From Octopus bimaculoides (Eukaryota): a DNA stretch of 64,000 nucleotides. The notes beneath the pieces were generated by a model, which saw only the letters and a list, made by a program, of their open reading frames with translations, had not been told where the DNA came from and searched no databases. Of the stretch, positions 58,240-64,000 are shown one piece after another. The DNA lies in contig NC_068996.1 in the NCBI RefSeq assembly GCF_001194135.2, positions 51,741,415-51,805,414 on the forward strand, in the 5' to 3' direction. Position 1 is the first letter of the stretch. The number at the start of each line of letters is the position of its first letter. A program made the translations under genes and the position numbers.

Positions 58240-58530
58240 CGTGCATAGCTTATTTGGCTCACAATCTTAAGGTCACGAGTTCAATACCAGACAGTGTGTT
58301 GTGTCCTTGAGCAAGACACTTTATTTCATGTTGCTCCAGTTCACTAAGCTGGCAAAAATAAGTTGTACCTGTAATTCAAAGGGTCAGCCTTGTCACATTC
58401 TGTGTTGCAATGAATCTCCCTGAAAACTATGTTAAGGGCATGTGTGTCTGGAGTACTCATCCACGTGCACAATCGTTTCATGAATTGATTGAACCGAATG
58501 AAACACTTGTAACCGATGGAGGGCTAGTTT
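58240..58530 (+). mobile_element. Chimeric SINE (family B 5' half, family A 3' half)
   Basis: GTGTCCTTGAGCAAGACACTT...TTGCTCCAGTTCACTAAGCTGGCAAAAAT as at 15730-15790, then TACCTGTAATTCAAAGGGTCAGCCTTGTCAC as at 20315-20345. Confidence 0.75.
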
Positions 58531-59369
58531 TTTTTTGTGTATATATCTGTTTAGTATTGAAGTATCAGAAAGACAAAAAAAAAAAAAAAGAGTAATCAAT
58601 ACTATAGCAGAGATTAATAATATATTTTAATTTGACCAAAGTAGTCTCTTGCTATTCTGAGTTTTGCTTTGCACAGGATCTTCAGGCAGAATATGACTGG
58701 AAATAAATGGGATTTGCACATCTATATATAGTTTCCCTGTTGTAGAATGTGGTGATGGAGAGAAAGTATAATAAAAGGGAAAAAAGAAAAATCAAAAAGG
58801 AAGAAAAAGAGAAAGTAGAAAAGAAAAGGAAGAGGAAGTAAGAATAGAGGAAAACAGAGAGGGAGTGTTTTGAAAGGAAGGAATGAAGTAGAAAAGGTGG
58901 AGTAGTAGAATGGCTGAAGAGTGTAATGGGAAAAACTTTTCATGGCAAAAATAGCAGATAAGCAGAAGAATGAACTTTGGAACCAGTGGCATTTAAAGTA
59001 GAAATAAATCCTAAAGCTGGCCATATTTATGCAAAATATGCAGAGCTGCCTTAGCAGCATTGCAGGCCCCTGGTCAAACCAATGTATCAGGCCCCTGGTC
59101 AAATCAATGTACCAGGCCCTATAGTACTTATTGACAGTAAGCCACAGCATATATAAATCAGAATTGGATCCCTTGACCTGTGGGATTCGTGGGTAACTAC
59201 CCAGTGTGCCCATGCGATCCCTGTGGTGACAGGGATAGAGATCAAATCACTAATAAAAGGGATGATGATGGCAGTGGAGGGAGGATAATGGTGGGGCAGA
59301 CAGTGAAATGTATTATTATGATAAGGATGAAGCCAGGGGTGGCTTCTGAGTTCAATAGGTCTCTTTGAT

Positions 59370-60545
59370 TAGCAATCCAGGTTTACAGTTGCTGCTATCC
59401 AGTTTGCAGATGGAATTCATCCGGAGGAGGAGTATGCTTCAATACTTGCAGACTGAACTTTTTTGCATGCAGGAAAGGTGAAAGTATTCCCTCCCTTGAA
59501 TTCAGGATGTTAGTTGCAAACAAGATGTTCAAGTTTTCAATTACATACAGATTACATCCAGTGCACCATCTATTATAGGCAGCTGCGTTTGCTAAAATGC
59601 TCCATTTGATAGAAGGATTATGTATATCATTATCCTTTAGGTGCCAGATATACTTAGACATGATGTAGAATTCTTTCTACTACTGTTATGGGTCATATAA
59701 AGATGCTGCATGAAGTGGGTCTTTAAAGTGTTTTCTGTGAATCTAGTATACAATTTTGCAGTATCTCTATTATTGTGAACTCCAGCTTTGTAGATGATCT
59801 CTTTTGGGAGGCATTTATTATCCAGTGGACATTATGTTCTTACAATTACAATCTTGTGGGGCTAGATTTAAATTAGCATGTGTAGTTTCCTTGTTATGAT
59901 TCAATATATGCAACCCAGTATTACTGAGGCAGCTTTAATTTTGATTGTGTTTTATTGAATATTGTTATATCCTTGCTCGTTTGGGAAGTGTTTTCTTATA
60001 AGAGTGAGGAAACACCCAGCAATATTGATTAATACACTGATGCTGTAAGGTGGATTAAACCATATCACTTTCCTGGTTCTGATTTTACTTTCCTTAATAG
60101 GAGCAGTCTCTAAATAGCTTACCTTGTTGGTGAAGCCACGTTTGTTTACTGTATCATTGTAGTATGGGGCACCTCTATTGAATATATCTCTATTAGAAGA
60201 CTAGTTGGAAATGTATCTACTTAAGTTCACCATTTCAGTTGGTCATGATTAACCTTGACTGTGTTATCTTGAGCTCAAACTGAAAATACTAACGACTTTC
60301 TTACTCTATTCATTTCAGAATGAATATAATTTTTGGCTAAACACCAGACCATCATCATGATACAGTCCTAAGTCAATGTTTGATAATTTATTCTGGAACA
60401 CATCTGACAATCCAAAAGGATCTGCAGTTTCAGCACCATAAAAGCTGCCTTTGGAGACATAAAAAATCTCACCTCTATGCTTCTTCACCTAAATAGAAGT
60501 CATAACATAACAGTGACTTTCTGGTGTTACAAATAATGCTGATGT
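59370..60545 (-). mobile_element. Decayed Penelope-like element (RT plus GIY-YIG)
   Basis: RKSLL, GSFYGAE, LGLYHDDGL (60345-60362), RKVIWFNPPYS, KCPLDNKCLPKEIIYKA, SKYIWHLKD..IKWSILA..CNL..ENL..LNSR. Confidence 0.85.
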
Positions 60546-60563
60546 CTATTTCCAAGATGGTTG

Positions 60564-60596
<33 letters not shown>

Positions 60597-63109
60597 AGAG
60601 AGAGAGAGAGAGAGAGAGAATTTTTAATATTAATAGTGATTATTTCGAAGTTTCACCATTAAAATGGGCTTCTCAAGCATGTTTAATATAACTACACAAA
60701 CCTAAACTAGAATGCACACACACTGATAGGATAGAGAGAGCTTCCATGACTGATTTAGGTTCTTGTCAGATATTTACATTCACCTTGGATCCCTAGTTCC
60801 AAAACCAATATACCATCTGAATCCACACAAACAAAAATCTCTAGCCCAGGTATAAGGCCTGTATGTTTCTATTAGTTCTCTAAAGATGTTCATTCCTCCT
60901 CCAATTTAGAGAGATTCTCTACACCTGGTTACCCAACCTCCAAAGTAGCGCATGATTTTTATTCCTGCTCCATAGAATCACATCAAGCATATTGTGTTAG
61001 CACTGGGTTGATGTTTTTATTGAAATGCTCAACCAGCATTCCTTAGCTTTAAAGATACATTTTGGTCTGATGTGACTTTGATATGGCCATGAGAACAGTT
61101 CCTTCTTGCAGAAAGTACTGTAAATGGTTTTAACCACAATGTTACACCTCATGAGAAGGTATGACTATGAAGGTATTTTTGAAAAGCTGATGATGTGGAT
61201 GGTACTATACTGGCCCAATCAACATTCATCTTTTATTACAATGTGGGGACTTAGAAGGATTGTTATCTCTCTTATTGATGAAATATTTGTTTATTAGCTA
61301 TCTCATCTCCTGTTTCTTGATAGTCGCCTTCTAAGGGAGATGTGATGCATTTACCACAGGTTTAAGAAGGACTACTCATTCTGTCAATATTGTTGGTGTG
61401 TATATGTGTGCTTGTATGTATGTTTACTTAACACTTAGAAAATTGGTTTAACTGTTTAGCATTTAAACCAGCCATATCTGACCTAAATATTCTCCGTTTT
61501 GTGCTCAAAACAAATCTGGTATTTCCCTTACAATGTCGCTCCAAAAATAAACAATTACATTATCAAAATCTCAAAGCTATAATATAATGTATAATTAATT
61601 TAAAACAATGTGAATGAATAAGCATTACATCTGATAGAACATTCTGAATATTAAAGGGTTAAACGTGTATCATAAATGTTGGAAGAAGGCTGCAACAGCA
61701 TTGGTACGAGATAGACAAAGTTTCAAAGTGAGAGTCACAGAAGTTGTAGAAACACTAAAATTTGATAAGGAATAGTTGGGGAGGTAAAGAAACAGACACT
61801 TTAGGTATTTGTTCAACCAGCTAGCCTTATGCATGTGTGTGTGTACATGTAAGAACAAACATACATATACATATGCATACACACATATGCTACTATACAG
61901 AGGACACTCACATAAATATACACATTTGCCTAAAGACTTACTCCCCTTTCCCTCAAACTCAAGCATATATGCACACTCACAATGTATGAGTGTGCGTAAA
62001 TACAGATAGTGATTCAAACAGGAAGCAACTAGTTCTGGCTCTTCACGTTCTGAGTTACCAGGAACAGATGGTAGCACTGTCCCATTTATCGGTGAAATAA
62101 GCATATCTAATCCATAGTTGGCTCCCTCTTTGTCTGTCAGTCTTGCTCTCACACACATACATGCACACACACAAACAAAACATGCATGTACACGTTACAC
62201 ACACATACACATAAACAAACACATATACTTACCAAAATACCTTGCGATTAAAGTTATAGTGAATCAACAGATGTACAGAGATGAAATTGTGTCTGCAGCA
62301 ACCATTTTCTATCCATGAGAGTTTTAAACTAAGCACCACCTGTATGTGCGCGTACACACACACACACACACACATAAAATTTCTTTTGACATTCAAGGAA
62401 TTAAGGATTGAAAATTATAACAGTCAGCAAAAAAATATTTTCCAAAATTCCAAATTTTTCTTAGATTCTTTCCTTTTTCTGTTGGTGAAGACACAGCCAT
62501 AAGCATTTTTATTTTTGAGCAATTTTTCCAAGAATTTTTGTCAGAATTCTATTTCAAAAAAACAGATCATGATCTTAAAAATAAGGTATGGGTTTAAGGT
62601 CAGAGATTATGGATTAATATTTTAGGGCAAGGTTATATTTCAGTTATAGTTCAGGGTTAGAATTAGGGCTTCGGTTTTTAGTGAATACATTATAATTTTT
62701 ATGAAATCATGATCTGCCATTTAAAGCAAAAACCCAAAGCAACTTTCTAAAATATAAAGAAGTTTATGTGAGTTACTTACTCTGATATTCTGCTTGTTGT
62801 TTGTCCAGAAACTTTACTACAATTCAAGTAAACGACAATTTACCTGTCTTCAGCCCAGGCAATGTTAGGTATTTTAACCAGAAATTTATAATTTTTTTAA
62901 TATGAATTTCAGTCAACAAAATGAGAAAACATTGTTTGATTTCTAGCTATGCTTTTATTTTCCAATAATTGCCCCACTGTTAAACCATTTCTTTTCCTTT
63001 ATATCACATGATCAATGAGACTGTCAGATTTTGTTATACATCACTGGTCACAATGCGCTTTGCACTGTTTTAGCCTTCAAATGATATACCATCCTGCTGG
63101 CTAGGTGAA

Positions 63110-63290
63110 CAGGCTAACCTTTCTCCTGATTGAAAGGTCAGTCTGTCACAGGGTGACATATTTACAGCTGAGTGATCTGGAGCAATGTGTAATGAAGTGT
63201 TTTGCTCAAGAACACAATGTACAGCCAGTTTGGAAATCAAAACTGTGATTGTGAGTGCAATATGATTAACCACTGAGGTCATGCACCTTC
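63110..63290 (-). mobile_element. Degenerate CORE-like SINE
   Basis: CAGCTGAGTGATCTGGAGCAATG...GTGTTTTGCTCAAGAACACAA is the reverse complement of the family B centre, followed by a tRNA-like head. Confidence 0.6.
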
Positions 63291-63920
63291 TCACACACAA
63301 TATAAAATATTAATAGTGCCTATTTTGAAGTTTCACCACTAAAACTATCTTCTCAAATCATGTTTAGTGTATTAACTACACAAACCTATTTAACTGGCTT
63401 ATGTACACATAAGTACGCGCACACACGCACGCACAACTATTTGTCTCCCTAGTGTCAACAAATAGTCAGATCAATGTCATACACTCACATATTTATTAAT
63501 TTTAACGATTTGTGAGAAACTGCAACAGCTTTTGGTCCATTGATCTTGTTCAATGATTGTAAAACAAGATTGAGATATGAAATGTATACGAGGCACATGG
63601 ATGACTGTGCAGTAAAAGATCGCTTCCCGACCACGTGATTTTGGGTTCAGTTCCACTGTTTGGTACTCTTGGCATGGACTGACCAATGCCTTGTAATTTG
63701 ATAGATGGAAGCTGAAAGAACCAGTTGTGTGTGTGTGTGTATGTGTGTGCATGTGTGTTGCTTTTCTGTTAGCATCTGATGCCACGTGAAATTCTCGACC
63801 TTTAAGTCACTTATGTAACTTTCCACTGATTAAAAATGACTGTGTGTGTATGTGTGTCTGTCGCTCTTAATATATATATATATACAAATACATATATACA
63901 TATACACACATATATATATA

Positions 63921-64000
63921 CATGTATATATATATACATGTATATATATATACATGTATATATATATACATGTATATATATATACATGTATATATATATA
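63921..64000. repeat. Perfect 16-bp minisatellite (CATG(TA)6) x5, truncated by the window end
   Basis: Five exact units of CATGTATATATATATA. Confidence 0.95.

Noticed and set aside
60780-61280. Possible additional LINE RT remnant (LDVILWS..., ..LYLG)
   Set aside because: Motifs are too degraded to support a call without a profile search.
61670-62170. 166-codon minus-strand ORF
   Set aside because: Starts in and crosses CA/TG microsatellites, with no domain signal.

Overview
AT-rich, microsatellite- and SINE-dense animal genomic DNA. The repeat families and TA/CA content suggest an octopod cephalopod, which is inference only. One protein-coding gene is reconstructable by hand on the minus strand: a complete 13-coding-exon SLC6 (NSS) Na+/Cl--dependent transporter of the GABA/taurine/creatine group, spanning 37957->683. 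Its CDS is 2040 nt (679 aa), all introns are GT-AG with consistent phases, and intron 9 is 18.8 kb. The first coding exon has a splice acceptor 15 nt upstream of the ATG, so an unlocated upstream exon should exist. The rest is introns and upstream DNA filled with several tRNA-derived SINE families, RTE-type LINE fragments, a DD34D-type mariner, a DD37D maT element, Penelope-like and R4/Dong-like retrotransposon relics, TTAA MITEs, a Helentron-like element and simple repeats, plus three N gaps. No rRNA, true tRNA or CRISPR features are supported. The most interesting leads are an atypical substrate pocket in the transporter, an inverted pair of young SINEs bracketing exons 10-11 (a 201-nt in-frame unit), a 24-nt inverted templated insertion, a ratchet-type splice motif, a 21-nt microexon candidate, and modular SINE chimeras. 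All coordinates were counted by hand; TE boundaries are approximate.
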